The notes: generated from the letters alone by a model not told the origin. Positions 21,864-33,926 are shown, counted from the first letter of the stretch. The stretch: 64,000 nt of DNA from Yuukianura sp. NJ FZ-2021 (GCA_046563655.1 CM102286.1:62001-126000), one strand, 5' to 3'. Numbers and translations: made by a program.

Positions 21864-24800
21864 ATGAATTTGTGTGTGTTGGGTGGTGGAATCGTTGGAT
21901 TCAACACTGCTCTGGATCTCCAGCGTTCTTTTCCAAATGCAAACATTACGTTGATAGCCGACAAATTTGAGGAGGAAACTACTAGTTTCCGGGCGGCAGG
22001 AATCTTCCGACCAAGCACAAACGTCTTCGGTCCCTCGGAAAAAGTGACGAGGTAAAAACATTTTTCGATTTTGAATCCTTATTTTTCATTGGCTGAATTC
22101 CTGAATCCTTATTTCTCATTGGTTGAAATTGATTTTGTCAAGGGAATGGATCCATGACTCTTACAATTTCTACAACGACATCCTCCAGTCTCCTTGTGCC
22201 GCTAATGCCGGAGTGTCACAGATATCTGGCTACATCTTCTCCAGTCAATACGAGTCCATCACTCGCGTAATTTCAAATATACTTCGTAGTTGTTTGGTTT
22301 TTGATTGGAATTGTTTGTTAGAATTCCTTCCTGGAGGGTTTGGTTCCAGTGTACAGGAAAGCAGTTCCTCAGGAACTGGAACTGTGTCCAGGACCCTGGA
22401 AATTTGGATCCTTCTTCACTACACTCCTCATCGAGTCACACACTTTCCTTCCATGGGCAAAACGAAAGTAAAACTTTCACTTTTCAAAAGTTACTTTCAC
22501 TCTTATGAGTCAACAAAGTAAAGATATAATTATTAAGTATCGTCAGATACTTATAGGGATCGTCTTGTCCGTCCGTCCTTCCGTCAGTCCGTCCGTCGTT
22601 CCGTCTGCCCGTCCGTCCGTCTAATGCTTACAACTCGATAACTACTGCATTGATTTCTAAGCGGTGTTTTTAAATTAGTAACTACTAACCAGATAACTAA
22701 AAATTAGTTTTTGGATTCACCTCCCTCTTAATGGGTCAAAGGTCAAGCAGGTCGGGCTATTTCCAATTATGTTATTTAAAGAGTGATTTTCCCACTAAAT
22801 TTTTAACGTTTTGGAATTTGAAATTATGTTATTTACAAAGAGTGATTTTCCTACTAAATTTTTAACGTTTTGGAATTTGGAATTATGTTATTTAAAAAGA
22901 GTGATTTTCCTACTAAGTTTTTAACGTTTTGGAATTTGAAATTATGTTATTTAAAAAGAGTGATTTTCCTACTAAGTTTTTAACGTTTTGGAATTTGGAA
23001 TAATGTTATTTACAAAGAGTGATTTTCCTACTAAGTTTTTAACGTTTTGAAATTTGAAATTATGTTATTTAAAAAGAGTGATTTTCCTACTAAGTTTTTA
23101 ACGTTTTGGAATTTGGAATAATGTTATTTACAAAGAGTGATTTTCCTACTAAGTTTTTAACGTTTTGAAATTTGAAATTATGTTATTTAAAAAGAGTGAT
23201 TTTCCTACTAAGTTTTTAACGTTTTGGAATTTGGAATAATGTTATTTACAAAGAGTGATTTTCCTACTAAGTTTTTAACGTTTTGAAATTTGAAATTATG
23301 TTATTTAAAAAGAGTGATTTTCCTACTAAGTTTTTAACGTTTTGGAATTTGGAATAATGTTATTTACAAAGAGTGATTTTCCTACTAAATTTTTAACGTT
23401 TTGGAATTTGAAATTATGTTATTTAAAAAGAGTGATTTTCCTACTAAGTTTTTAACGTTTTGAAATTTGAAATTATGTTATTTAAAAAGAGTGATTTTCC
23501 TACTAAGTTTTTAACGTTTTGGAATTTGAAATTATGTTATTTAAAAAGAGTGATTTTCCTACTAAGTCTTTAACGTTTTGGAATTTGGAATAATGTTATT
23601 TAAAAAGAGTGATTTTCCTACTAAGTTTTTAACGTTTTGAAATTTGAAATTATGTTATTTAAAAAGAGTGATTTTCCTACTAAGTTTTTAACGTTTTGGA
23701 ATTTGAAATTATGTTATTTAAAAAGAGTGATTTTCCTACTAAGTCTTTAACGTTTTGGAATTTGGAATAATGTTATTTAAAAAGAGTGATTTTCCTACTA
23801 AGTTTTTAACGTTTTGGAATTTTGAATTATGTTATTTAAAAAGAGTGATTTTCCTACTAAACTTTTAACGTTTTGGAATTTGGAATTATGTTATTTAAAA
23901 AGAGTGATTTTCCTACTAAATTTTTAACGTTTTGGAATTTTGAATTATGTTATTTAAAAAGAGTGATTTTCCTACTAAACTTTTAACGTTTTGGAATTTG
24001 GAATTATGTTATTTAAAAAGAGTGATTTTCCTACTAAATTTTTAACGTTTTGGAATTTGAAATTATGTTATTTAAAAAGAGTGATTTTCCTACTAAGTTT
24101 TTAACGTTTTGAAATTTGGAATAGTGTTATTTAAAAAGAGTGATTTTCCGACTAAATTTTTAACGTTTTGGAATTTGGAATTATGTTATTTAAAAAGAGT
24201 GATTTTCCTACTAAATCTATAAGCACTACATTGATTTGTAAGCGGTTTTCTTAAATTTGTAACTACTGACCAGATAACTAAAAATCAGTTTTTGGATTCA
24301 CGTCAAGTGACCTCTAATGGTGTCCAAGGTTAAGGCTATGCCCCGTTTACAATACGCAAACGGATGGACAGACTTAAAAGCGGTTTTGATGGGTTTCTGG
24401 TGACATCGAGCGACCTCTAGTAGGGTCAAAGGTCAGGGTCACCCTTTTCTGTGCAATTCGGAGACGGATGGACCGATTCGGAGCGGTTTGCGGTGATCCG
24501 ATTTTTATGACCTCGAGTGACCTGTAACAAGGTCAAGGCTCAAGGTCATAGTTTTCTCTACAATTGGGAAACGGATGGATCGATTCGGAAGTGGTTTCTG
24601 GTGATGGATGTTTGACGACGCGAGGACTAAGATTCCGAATGTTGTTTGACCTCAAGTGACCTCTAATTACATCAGAGATCAAGGCCAACAATATCTTACG
24701 CGGGAACTCTCTTAATTCATCTGACGATAGTTATTTATATCGTCTTTGCAAGAAGTTTATTTCTTTTCTAAATTCCGCTTTTCAAAATTCCGTAGGTTGT

Positions 24801-25510
24801 TGGCTGCTGGTGGCAAAATCTGCACTGGGAAAATAGATGAGTGGGATGATCTAAATGGTCCAAACAGTGGTTCCCGTTATGATGCTGTTTTCAATTGCAC
24901 TGGGTTTGGGTCAAAGTGGCTCTGCAATGACAAGAAACTGGCTCCTCTCAGAGGTCAAGTGCTCAAGGTCACTCAAATGAGGCTTTTCAATTTCATAGAA
25001 GAGGAACATTGTTGGTGTAATAAGTTGGTGTTTAGGTGAGTGCTCCGTGGATCAAGATGTTTTTGTACGGTGACTACGACACTTACGTTGTGCCTGGAAC
25101 AAAGTTGGTCACTCTGGGTGGATGTCGCCAACTGGACAGTTACGACACTTCAGCCTCTGAGCTGGATTCCAAGGCAATCTGGGAAAGATGCACTTCTCTC
25201 GTGCCTTCTCTCAAAAGGTCAAAAATTGAAAGTGTGATGGTGGGGCTGAGGCCACATCGAGACACTGTGAGGTGTGAAATGGAGGTTCTGCCCCACCAAA
25301 ACCTCAAGGTACTCAAAAGTACAAAACCATCTTTTTTCATGAAACTGTTGTATCCAATGTCACTTGTGTTTTATTTAGATTGTTCATAATTATGGGCATG
25401 GTGGGTATGGAGTGACCACTGCCCCTGGAACAGCCCAATACGCTGTCAATCTGTTCAAAGAGAGTCTCAGATCCAGCAACGGAAGTATCGCAGCATTGTC
25501 CAAACTTTAA
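21864..25510 (+). CDS. D-amino-acid / D-aspartate oxidase family FAD enzyme, peroxisomal
   Basis: Six exons. N-terminal VLGGGIVG FAD motif, NCTGFGS, PLRGQVLKV, VGLRPHR, IVHNYGHGGYGVT, and a C-terminal PTS1 (SKL-stop). Intron 3 is ~2.3 kb and holds a repeat element. Confidence 0.93.
22523..24741. mobile_element. Non-autonomous DINE-1/HINE (Helentron)-like element with an internal satellite
   Basis: Subterminal inverted repeats tatcgtcagat (22538-22548) and atctgacgata (24719-24729). The 5' copy sits in a hairpin aagtatc-gtca-gatactt, followed by a (GTCC)n-type microsatellite (~22567-22621) and central tandem repeats. Confidence 0.65.
22765..24215. repeat. 59-bp satellite array, ~24-25 copies
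   Basis: Unit ~aattatgttatttaaaaagagtgattttcctactaagtttttaacgttttggaatttga. Confidence 0.95.
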
Positions 25511-26086
25511 TATTTTCTTGCTTTGTACTTCTTGTTTGTATGAGAATACATTGATTATTACACAAAATTGAATTGAAATGTTACATTAAATGTTAGAGTT
25601 CAGTGGCAGTAGAATAGTTGGTGGAATTTAAGCGTAGCATCAGATCGGAAGTGTGTTTGGTTGAAGCGACAGAGTCCTGTGTCGCAGTACTTGCTCAGAA
25701 GGAGTGCAAATTGAGCTCCCACTTCTGCGTGGAAGTGAGCATGCCCATGCTCAAAGTGATTTGTGTAGAGTGCCATGAAGGGAAGGTCAGAGGTCAGAGT
25801 GGCTCTTGTCGCATTCCGAGGGAAGCAACTGACAGTGGAAGGAACGTCTCTGCGCTTGCGTGAGAAGGAATTGGTTGTTTCTGCGTCTTGTCTATTTGAG
25901 AGTCTCTTCAAGTAGTCAGTGTTTTGTTTTTGATGGTCCAAGTAACGTCTGCAGGCAGCAAAGTAAAGTACTGAAAAACCAACCACAAAAAGCACTGACA
26001 TCAAACTCCCTGAGCGAGATTCTCCAAACTTCCTCGTCCCTCGACTTCCAAACATTCTCACAATTTTTAATAAAGATTAGGAAACG
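25306..26086 (+). repeat. Direct duplication, copy 1 (matches 42156-42946)
   Basis: Nearly identical sequence from aag|gtact through the last oxidase exon and the 153-aa ORF to gaaacg. Confidence 0.97.
25600..26061 (-). CDS. Uncharacterised ~150-aa type II membrane or secreted proprotein, copy 1
   Basis: Single-exon ORF with a hydrophobic segment (LMSVLFVVGFSVLYFAAC), a furin-type RKRR site and a Cys/His-containing C-terminal domain. The frame is preserved in both duplicate copies, but these are nearly identical. Confidence 0.55.
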   Translation of the reverse strand: MRMFGSRGTRKFGESRSGSLMSVLFVVGFSVLYFAACRRYLDHQKQNTDYLKRLSNRQDAETTNSFSRKRRDVPSTVSCFPRNATRATLTSDLPFMALYTNHFEHGHAHFHAEVGAQFALLLSKYCDTGLCRFNQTHFRSDATLKFHQLFYCH

Positions 26087-26892
26087 CAGGGTTGGTAGAG
26101 GATAGGGTTAACCGTTCCGGAGGCTTTTTGAAAAAAACAAACTTTTTGAGCTGGTTGAATTTTTTCAACCAGCTTTGTTTGTCGTAGAAACAATTTTAAA
26201 TAAATTAATTTTTAGTACAGTGCGTTTCTTAAAATCCTTGAGGATTAATTTGCTACAATTAAAAGTAAGTGTGTGAACAACATTTTGAAAACTGAAAACT
26301 CTGAGGTCACCGGGTGAACTTATGACAGACAGCCCAATGCAAGTAATATTTTGTTGGAAATGGCTTGATAAGCTGATTCGGAACAGAATTTATAAAAGAA
26401 TTTCTGGAAGAATTGGTAATTTCAAAAAGGATAAACTGCGCAGTTTGTGCGCATTTTATGCGAAGTTTAGAATTTATTTTGGCTTTGACCTTTGACCGGG
26501 GAGGTCAAATGTCAAATGACCAGGGGAGTTCGAGCTATCCCGTCAGGCACTACCATCTCCCAAAGGAGATGTCCCAAAACCCTGTCGAAACGGTACCCGG
26601 TGCTATTCGAATGAAATGTTAACCAGTTGTTAGAGTCAATGTTGGGGTCATATTATTTTTTTGTGCGATTGATGTAAAAAGTTGCAGAATTTGACGCTCT
26701 ACAACGTCCATATATTGGCCAAGCTCCAACGCGGCTGGTTCATGGATAAAAGTGGCAAAAACTGAAAAAAGCATCTTGGAAACTTTAAAAGCAAATATCT
26801 CCAAATAAAGGCCCCTTATTTTTTTGTGCGATTGATGTAAAAAGTTGCAGAATTTGACGCTCTACAACGTCCATATATTGGCTTTTTTTCAG

Positions 26893-27614
26893 AGTGGTCA
26901 AAAGCTGGTTGACGAGGATGTGTGACTGGAGTAACCACTATGCCAGTCAGCGCTCAAAGACTGTCCATTGGTCGTGCGTCAACGTCCAAATGCATGGGCC
27001 ATTCTACGCAGTTTGCCAAGCCGTTCTCTACGTCTTTGCTTTCAGAAACAAGGAACTCATCACCAGCCGAAAGTGTAAGTATTTCTCCAGTTTTCTACAA
27101 AAAAAAGGCTTTGAGTTTTTGAAAATCTTATACCTTTTTGGTTTTAGGTGCTGCATTTACAAGGTCGCTTGATCTGGGACGCCTCCTGACCTGCGAATTG
27201 AATCCACTGAAGGCCTGTCAGAAGGAAATTGCATTGACTTTTGTTGACGCAGCGCACCACCACCAAATCTCGTACTGCGGGACAGTCATGGAGCGGAACG
27301 CAGTGGTGAAGATCCCCACCGTGTCACAGACTGCTGTCCAATCGCAATCTACTGAGCCCTTGGCAACTGCCCAGCTCGAGGCCTTCTTCCCCTTCGACCC
27401 CCTCCTCCTCCCCCGCTGCAGCAAGTGGGTTCAAGGGGTTCACTTGCCCTACGAACCCTACGAGGGCGAAGGGCCCTCCACACGGAGACTTAAGGCCCCA
27501 GTGGACGAGGATTCCATCGAAATGGAGCTCGGCAGCTTCTCAGAGTACGACCGAAGTGGGAGAGGCCTGCGATCGCAACTGAAACAGAGCGTGGACATGG
27601 GCCTAATGGACTGA
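26893..27614 (+). pseudogene. RRN3: RRN3/TIF-IA (RNA Pol I initiation factor), last two exons only
   Basis: HGPFYAVCQAVLYVFAFR, LNPLKAC and FFPFDPLLLPRC are RRN3 C-terminal motifs. The fragment begins at an acceptor, and no upstream RRN3 exons are visible in 26087-26892 or before. Confidence 0.8.
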
Positions 27615-27750
27615 CAGGCACAATAAACTTTCGGATTTTAACTTGTTTTATATATGTTTTGATTATATTTAATTAACACAGATATAATATTTAATTAACA
27701 TATGTATAATACTTAATTAGCATAAGTATTTAAATGTACCTGAAGTGTGT

Positions 27751-29698
27751 TTAGTGAGTGGATTCTTTTGGGAAAATGTGGCTCAGTTCCTTGTTCCAGT
27801 TTTCCTCCCAGCGAAGGGCCTGGAACGCTTTCAAATTATGGCGGAAGAGATCGTTTCTACGGTTGGGAGTGGACGACAGTTTGAACCATTGCTGGAGGTA
27901 CAGGCTCAGGTCGTCGCTCGTTTTAAAAATTAGGCCGTTCTCTTCATGTCGAACCAACTCAGAAATGCTACGAACAGAATTCAAAATTTTAAAAGAGATT
28001 TCAAAATTTTGACCTTTCCGGAATTCACAATACTTTTACCATTTGAAGTGAATGGCAGCTACGGGCAGTCCGCATCCAAACATGTCGACCACTTTCATGG
28101 GCAAATCCAGTCCACTCGAGGACGTGTGAAGCGACACACCAAGATCAGCACACGCTAGGAAACAAAATTTTTGGCTGGAATTTCCGACTGAAAATTTTGA
28201 AATTTGAAAAGTTGCAAAAAGTTTAAACAGGATGGTTGGATATGGATAGTTACCGAGTAGTTTTGAATAGTCGTCGTGTGACAACCAAGGGAGGTAGATG
28301 TGTACGTGTTTAAAGGCAAGAGAATCGATGAGAGTGGAGTAGTGACTCTTGTTCTGTCCTTTTCCAGTGATAAACACGATCAAGTCACTCAGGCCTTGAC
28401 CTTTGACCTTGGACAGCGTCACTTCAGCCTCGTACTCTGCAAAAATATCCAGAACAGAAAAAAAAATTGTATGAATTTTGAGGATTCCCGAAAAATTCTG
28501 AGGATTCAGAGGCTTAATCAGACACAAAAAAAAGGAGAAACGAGGAAGTCAGAATGCATCCATGTAGTGTAAAAAAAAAGTTTTAAAATTGGCGGACCCT
28601 TAAGGGCGTTGAGCAAAATGTCAAAGTCTTCGTCTTCTGTCCAGCTGGTGCAGGAAATGATTCCTGGTCGTCCAGATCCAAGTGTCTTTCCATCCAGGAT
28701 TGAAGCGATCACGGGATACTCGTTGCTCAGTTCTGTCAGAAACGTGAACCTCTCTTGCTCTGTCAACGATTTGAAAATATCTGGCGGTCTATCGTAGAGT
28801 GTGACAGCTCTGGAACAAACAACAACCATGCTCCCTGAGAGAAATTGATGAAAATGAATTAATCGATTAATGATTTTTACTCACTTAATCCTCAGTCGAC
28901 TGTTGAGATCTTGTGCCATGGCTTTGGTGACAGTGATGCTGTTGTCTGCTTTCGCTCCGAACAAGTTTTCGAATCCTTCAGCCAGTCTGACAATTGGGCT
29001 TTGGCGGGATGTGTTGAGTGCCAGTATGGAAAATCCGTAGTTGTGCCAATCAACGACGAATGAGCAGTTGTAAATCCTTGACATGAGCCAACAGACACCC
29101 AAAGTTGGAATAGCTGGAGGATTCTGGACAAGGATGAAGTCTGGATGGAATCGATTGGATATGGAGGACCAAACAAAGGCCCAACTCAGCACAATCGTCA
29201 GCCATACGAACTTCAGCAGTAACGACAGTGACTTGGGAAGGCCTGAAAAGAATCAAAACAAAAAGGTAAGTAAAATATAGTTACTCCCTCCATTTTTCTC
29301 TACTTTCCGTTTTTATTGAAGAATGGAAGTCATATACCTTGGGAGAGTGCTGGGGGTTCCCTGATTGGTCGGATGAATATTCTTGGATTGTGAGTGAGGT
29401 GATTTGGGATATCGGTTCCTTGGTATCCGATTATCTGGACAAAGTAGCCGTTTTTGGTGAGTGACAAGGCATGATACCTCATGCGAGGGCTACGTCCAAT
29501 GTCGCCCAGAACTACTACGTACACAAACTTACGACGAAGATTCTGCTCGCGGTCATGACCAGTGACGACGTTCGACGTGTCTTCCATATTGCTTCTGTGT
29601 TTACAACGTCGATATCTGAATTTCCAGATCCAGGTTGACACTGACAACAAAACAAACAAATAAAGGTTGCAGTAAGGACAAATTGCGTCAATTGTCAT
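27751..29698 (-). CDS. ALG1: Chitobiosyldiphosphodolichol beta-mannosyltransferase
   Basis: Six exons splice in frame: VVVLGDIGRSPRMRYHALSL, VQNPPAIPTL, DWHNYGFSIL, TLYDRPP, TSWTEDEDF, ADLGVSLHTSSSGLDLPMKVVDMFGCGLPV, ELVRHEENG. Confidence 0.95.
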
Positions 29699-29879
29699 CA
29701 CGTTGTGTCGCTACCCAGACCGTGATGATCACTCACTTATTATATTGAAATTCTTATTTTTCAAAGCTAATCAAGTCTATCCTGGTTGCTACTTGCTAAC
29801 TATAAGTGTACCTTCCCCATATTGAAAAAAAAGAGTCCAAAATGCGACAAGAAATCCCATGAACCCAGAAATAAAATAA

Positions 29880-30291
29880 TTTAAATTTCAAGACGCTATG
29901 CTAGGTGAAAATTTAGAGTAGAATATAAGCAAAATTGCAAATTTCAAAAAGCTAGAAATTTAAATGTAAAATTAGAGTATAATTTAAGCAAAATTGCAAA
30001 TTTCAAAAAGCTAGAAATTAAAATGGAAAATTAGAATAATATAAGCAAGATTCCAAAATTCAAGACGCTAGAAATTTAAACGGAAAATTAGAGTATAATT
30101 TAAGCAAAATTCTAAGCTAAAAATTTAATCAAAATAATCAAAATAAAAGCTAAGAAATTTAGGTAGAAAATTAAAGTATAATATAAGCAATATTCCAAAT
30201 TTCAAAAAGCTAAAAATTTAGGTGGAAAATTAAAGTATAATATAAGGAAAATTCCAAATTTCAAAAAGCTAGAAAAAATAGAAAATTAGAG
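29880..30291. repeat. Degenerate ~60-bp AT-rich tandem repeat (~7 copies) between ALG1 and ALG6
   Basis: Recurrent aaaattagagtataatttaagcaaaattgcaaatttcaaaaagctagaaattt. Confidence 0.8.
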
Positions 30292-30478
30292 TACCAGTAG
30301 TACAATAGTTAGACTTCCGCCTCACTCCAACCAATACTTTTGAATCTGCTGATTCCGTGGAATAGTCAACCCAGTGCGGTTGTTATTGTTGCACGTTGCT
30401 TGGAAACCAGAGTTGTTGCAGCTGTAGTGTTGACCCGATGACAGGTTGAGGTCAGTGACTGCCGGAACAATTAGTCGC

Positions 30479-32413
30479 ATGGCTTTGGTCAACTCTACCG
30501 TCACTGGCCACCTTGCCACCGCACTTTCCTGTCTCCTTGTGGGATTCGTCCTAAGATGGAGTGTGACCCAGTTTCGGTACTCTGGCCAGGGTAATTCCCC
30601 CAACTACGGAGACTACGAAGCACAACGACATTGAATGGAAATCGCCACGCAAATCCCCATTCAGTAAGTCCAACGTCGTCATTTCGTCACAACGGACCAT
30701 GTGATCAATCCTTACATTAAGTTATCAAAACAAGAGACATTGGTTTGTGATTAATAATCACTGATTATTTTCAGATACTGGTATGTGGATGTGCCTGGGA
30801 ATAACCTCAACTACTGGGGTCTGGACTACCCGCCCTTGTCAGCCTATCACAGCTACGGTCTCGGAGTGTTCTTCTGGAACATCATGCCGGAATCAGTCCA
30901 ACTCCGAACCAGCCCAGGATTCGAAAGTCCGCAACACAAGTTCTGGATGCGACTTACGGTTTTGCTTAGCGACATTCTCGTCCCGGCACTCCTCTTCTTT
31001 TTCTTCTTTATTCTCACTCCCAATGCGTCTCAAGTCGTAACGACCAGATGGGTTTCAGGTGAAAATTAAACTTATTTTTAGAATTTATAAGTTGTAATTA
31101 TTATAAAATTATTATATTATTAACTTTGAGTTAATTGACAGGTCTGGTTGGTGTGATGGCTCCTGCGTTCATTCTAGTGGACTACGCTCACTTTCAGTAC
31201 AACTGTGTCTCCCTTGGTCTCACCGTCCTCGCCATTGGATTTGTGGCTCTGGATCAAATGTCTATCGGAGCTCTGTTATTTACGTTGGCTGTCAATCACA
31301 AACAAATGTCTTTGTACCACGCTCTGCCCTTCTTCGTCCAAATGGTGGCTGCTACAGTTTTTAAAAAACGGAGGATCCTGACTGTCTTTCGAGTGGCTCT
31401 CGTCATCTTATCCACAATGGGATTGTTGTGGCTCCCATTTGGAGATGCTTGGACAGACGTTTTGCACAGGATCTTTCCTGTCAAGAGAGGAGTTTATGAG
31501 GACAAGGTGGGCTCATTCTGGTACGTTCTGGACAGATTCTTACGTTTGAAAGAAAGAGTTCCTGATTCTGAAATGGCAAGGCTATGCACCTTCACTTCAA
31601 TCCTCATCATCATTCCTTCTCTCTTTCGTCACTTCAACGTCATCGTCAACAAGGTAAGTTTTTACATCTGAGTTTCACTTTCACATTGTTTGAGTTTTGA
31701 AATTCTGAACTCAGAATTTTCAGAGGATTAGTCAGAACTATTATCGAGCTAATGATTTTTTTATGTGATTTTTTTTCCAGAAAACGAAGTCGGATGAATC
31801 TCTGAAGACGTTTTTGCTGAGCCTGTTGAACACTTCGCTTTTACTTTTCCTTTTTTCGTACCATGTTCATGAAAAGTCAATCATGCTGCCTGGACTGCCT
31901 GCTCTTCTGATGTTCCCCTGGTACCCCCTGCAGTCACTCTGGTTCACTACTGTGTTATCTCTGTCACTCTACCCGCTTTTTTTGCAAGAAGGATCTCAGT
32001 TGGCACTGCTCGCTCTGACAGCAGCTTACGTCCTCACGGCCACCCAACTCACCGATTTCTCCAAATACAGCAAATGAATCAAGTAAGTTTTGTGTTCCTT
32101 ACAAAAAAAAAACTGAAAATACTTAATTAGCTTTTGGATTTTTTTTTCTTTTTGTGTATGAAATTGTGAGTTACAACTTTTTGTTTGTTTGTTTTTTACC
32201 GCAGATTGTTGTTCGTGGGATCAATTCTGTCGTACTTGACGCTGATCGCTGGACTCCACTTGATTCCTCCTCCTTAATCACCTACCGCATCTCTACCATT
32301 CGGGAATTGCAATTGTTTCGTTCTTACACTACGCTGCCTTCTGCCTCCATTTCCACCTCCTCATCTTCAACACAAATGCAGCACAACCAGTCGGCAACAA
32401 AAAACGCAACTAA
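30479..32413 (+). pseudogene. ALG6: ALG6 alpha-1,3-glucosyltransferase, disabled
   Basis: YGDYEAQRH*MEI, YWGLDYPPLSAYHS, DYAHFQYN, HKQMSLYHALPFF, RIFPVKRGVYEDKV, FSYHVHEKSI. In-frame TGA at 30632-30634 and 32075-32077, plus a +1 frameshift at ~32275. The restored frame ends KKRN*. Confidence 0.88.
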
Positions 32414-32726
32414 CAAAATGCACCCGAATTCCTCAGATTCAGAACATATTCCGACTAAGGCGACAAGGAACTCAACTGTACCGATTTTGTGTTGGACGAG
32501 GGACATGAAGATTATGAATTCTGATTAGAAGTCGTGATGGTTACCTTTGGGTCCAACAACTTTTAATTCGACGTGTGTCATGTGATACTTTAGTTTGTCA
32601 TTCGTTTATGTTTCTAGAATAAAACAAAATCTGCACGATTCATCATTTTTTAAGCAAAATCCATTATTTTCTTATGTATTTTCATTTAATTTATTTACTT
32701 ACATTTATGTATTTACATAAATGTAT

Positions 32727-33083
32727 TTATTTACATTTTTTGCAAGAGCAGGGTTTGTATTTCTTTTCATGTTTGTGCTGTGATGCAATGTGTCGTCGCA
32801 ATTCCTCGGTCCTTCCCTTCGTTGTCTCTGGGTCATAGGCCTCTACATGTTCGCAATACGAACAGCCTACGAAAAGGATAAGTTTTCCATCCAGATAGAG
32901 TCGGTCGAAGAATTCCCAAACTGGTGACAACCTCATGCCGTTTAAATTCACCTTGCCTTTTTTTGTCAGTCTGCTGTTGTTGCTCTTGTACATTTGTCTG
33001 ATTTCTTCTTCGGTGTACTCCCGTTCGGCCGGCGGTGCAGGTTCCACCGGATCTGGAAGATAGGCGGAAGACATTTTGAACAT
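32727..33083 (-). CDS. Small stand-alone BED-type zinc-finger protein, 118 aa
   Basis: SPVWEFF...CSYC...TEELRRHIASQH fits the BED finger pattern (W, F, CxxC, H-x4-H). It is intronless and no transposase domain follows. Confidence 0.65.
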   Translation of the reverse strand: MFKMSSAYLPDPVEPAPPAEREYTEEEIRQMYKSNNSRLTKKGKVNLNGMRLSPVWEFFDRLYLDGKLILFVGCSYCEHVEAYDPETTKGRTEELRRHIASQHKHEKKYKPCSCKKCK

Positions 33084-33268
33084 TACAACACAGACACCAC
33101 ATTACATTACACAGTGGGGTCGATTCATACAAACAAGGACAAGCGTTTCGGGGGAAACAAATGAATTGTTGAAAAATACAATGGCGGAAAATACAATACA
33201 CAATTATGGAGGCAAAACGGTCGCTAAATTATACACATAGCAACTGTAAACAGTTGACACCTTCATTT

Positions 33269-33502
33269 GGGTGTGGCAGCCAAAAGTAGACACCTTAAAT
33301 TCGTTGTTAGTGGTAACCGACGAAAACATGGTAAATAATGGGGGGAGAATTTAGCCAAATTCAAAAATTGTCAAAAGTCAAAACAATTTTTTACCGAAGC
33401 GCAAAAAATTTTTGCGCTTCGGTGCAAGTTTCCTCCCAGAGTTACGAAAATAAACAAAATATTTATAATTGAGGTGTCTACTTTTGGCTGCCACACCCTG
33501 TA
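33269..33502. mobile_element. Tc1/mariner-like MITE
   Basis: 27-bp perfect inverted repeat gggtgtggcagccaaaagtagacacct (33269-33295 and 33472-33498). The right end reads caccctg-ta; the left tip is damaged. Confidence 0.7.
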
Positions 33503-33589
33503 TTTCCGTCGTGACCTAGGTCCCCCATAGACCAAATTTTTCACCAACTTCAAAAATCAGTTAACAATACTAAATTACTTTCTCTTCTC

Positions 33590-33925
33590 CCATTCCCATC
33601 AATCTCTAAAATTTTTACTGCATGAAATCTTGCTAATTCGCATCAATCTCTAAAATTTTTACTGTATGAAATCTTGCTAATTCCCATCAATATCTAAAAT
33701 TTTTACTGCATGAAATCTTGCTAATTCCCATCAATCTGTAAAATTTTTACTGTATGAAATCTTGCTAATTCCCGTCAGTCTCTAAAATTTTTACTAGATG
33801 AAATCTTGCTAATTCCAAACAATCTCTAAAATTTTTACTGGATGAAATCTTGCTAATTCCCATCAATCTCTAAAATTTTTAGTGAATGAAATCTTGCTAC
33901 TAATTCCAATTAACCTCTAAAATTT
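33590..33925. repeat. 44-bp tandem repeat, ~7 copies
   Basis: Unit catcaatctctaaaatttttactgtatgaaatcttgctaattcc. It directly abuts the second 59-bp array. Confidence 0.9.
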
Positions 33926-33926
33926 T

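Noticed and set aside
22765..24215. CRISPR-like array
   Set aside because: The units are contiguous tandem repeats without unique spacers, there are no cas genes, and the context is eukaryotic.
30632..32077. Genetic code with TGA read as Trp or selenocysteine
   Set aside because: Homer, PDCD5, the Kunitz gene, nervy and Nuf2-like all end in TGA, Trp is TGG elsewhere, and ALG6 also has a frameshift.
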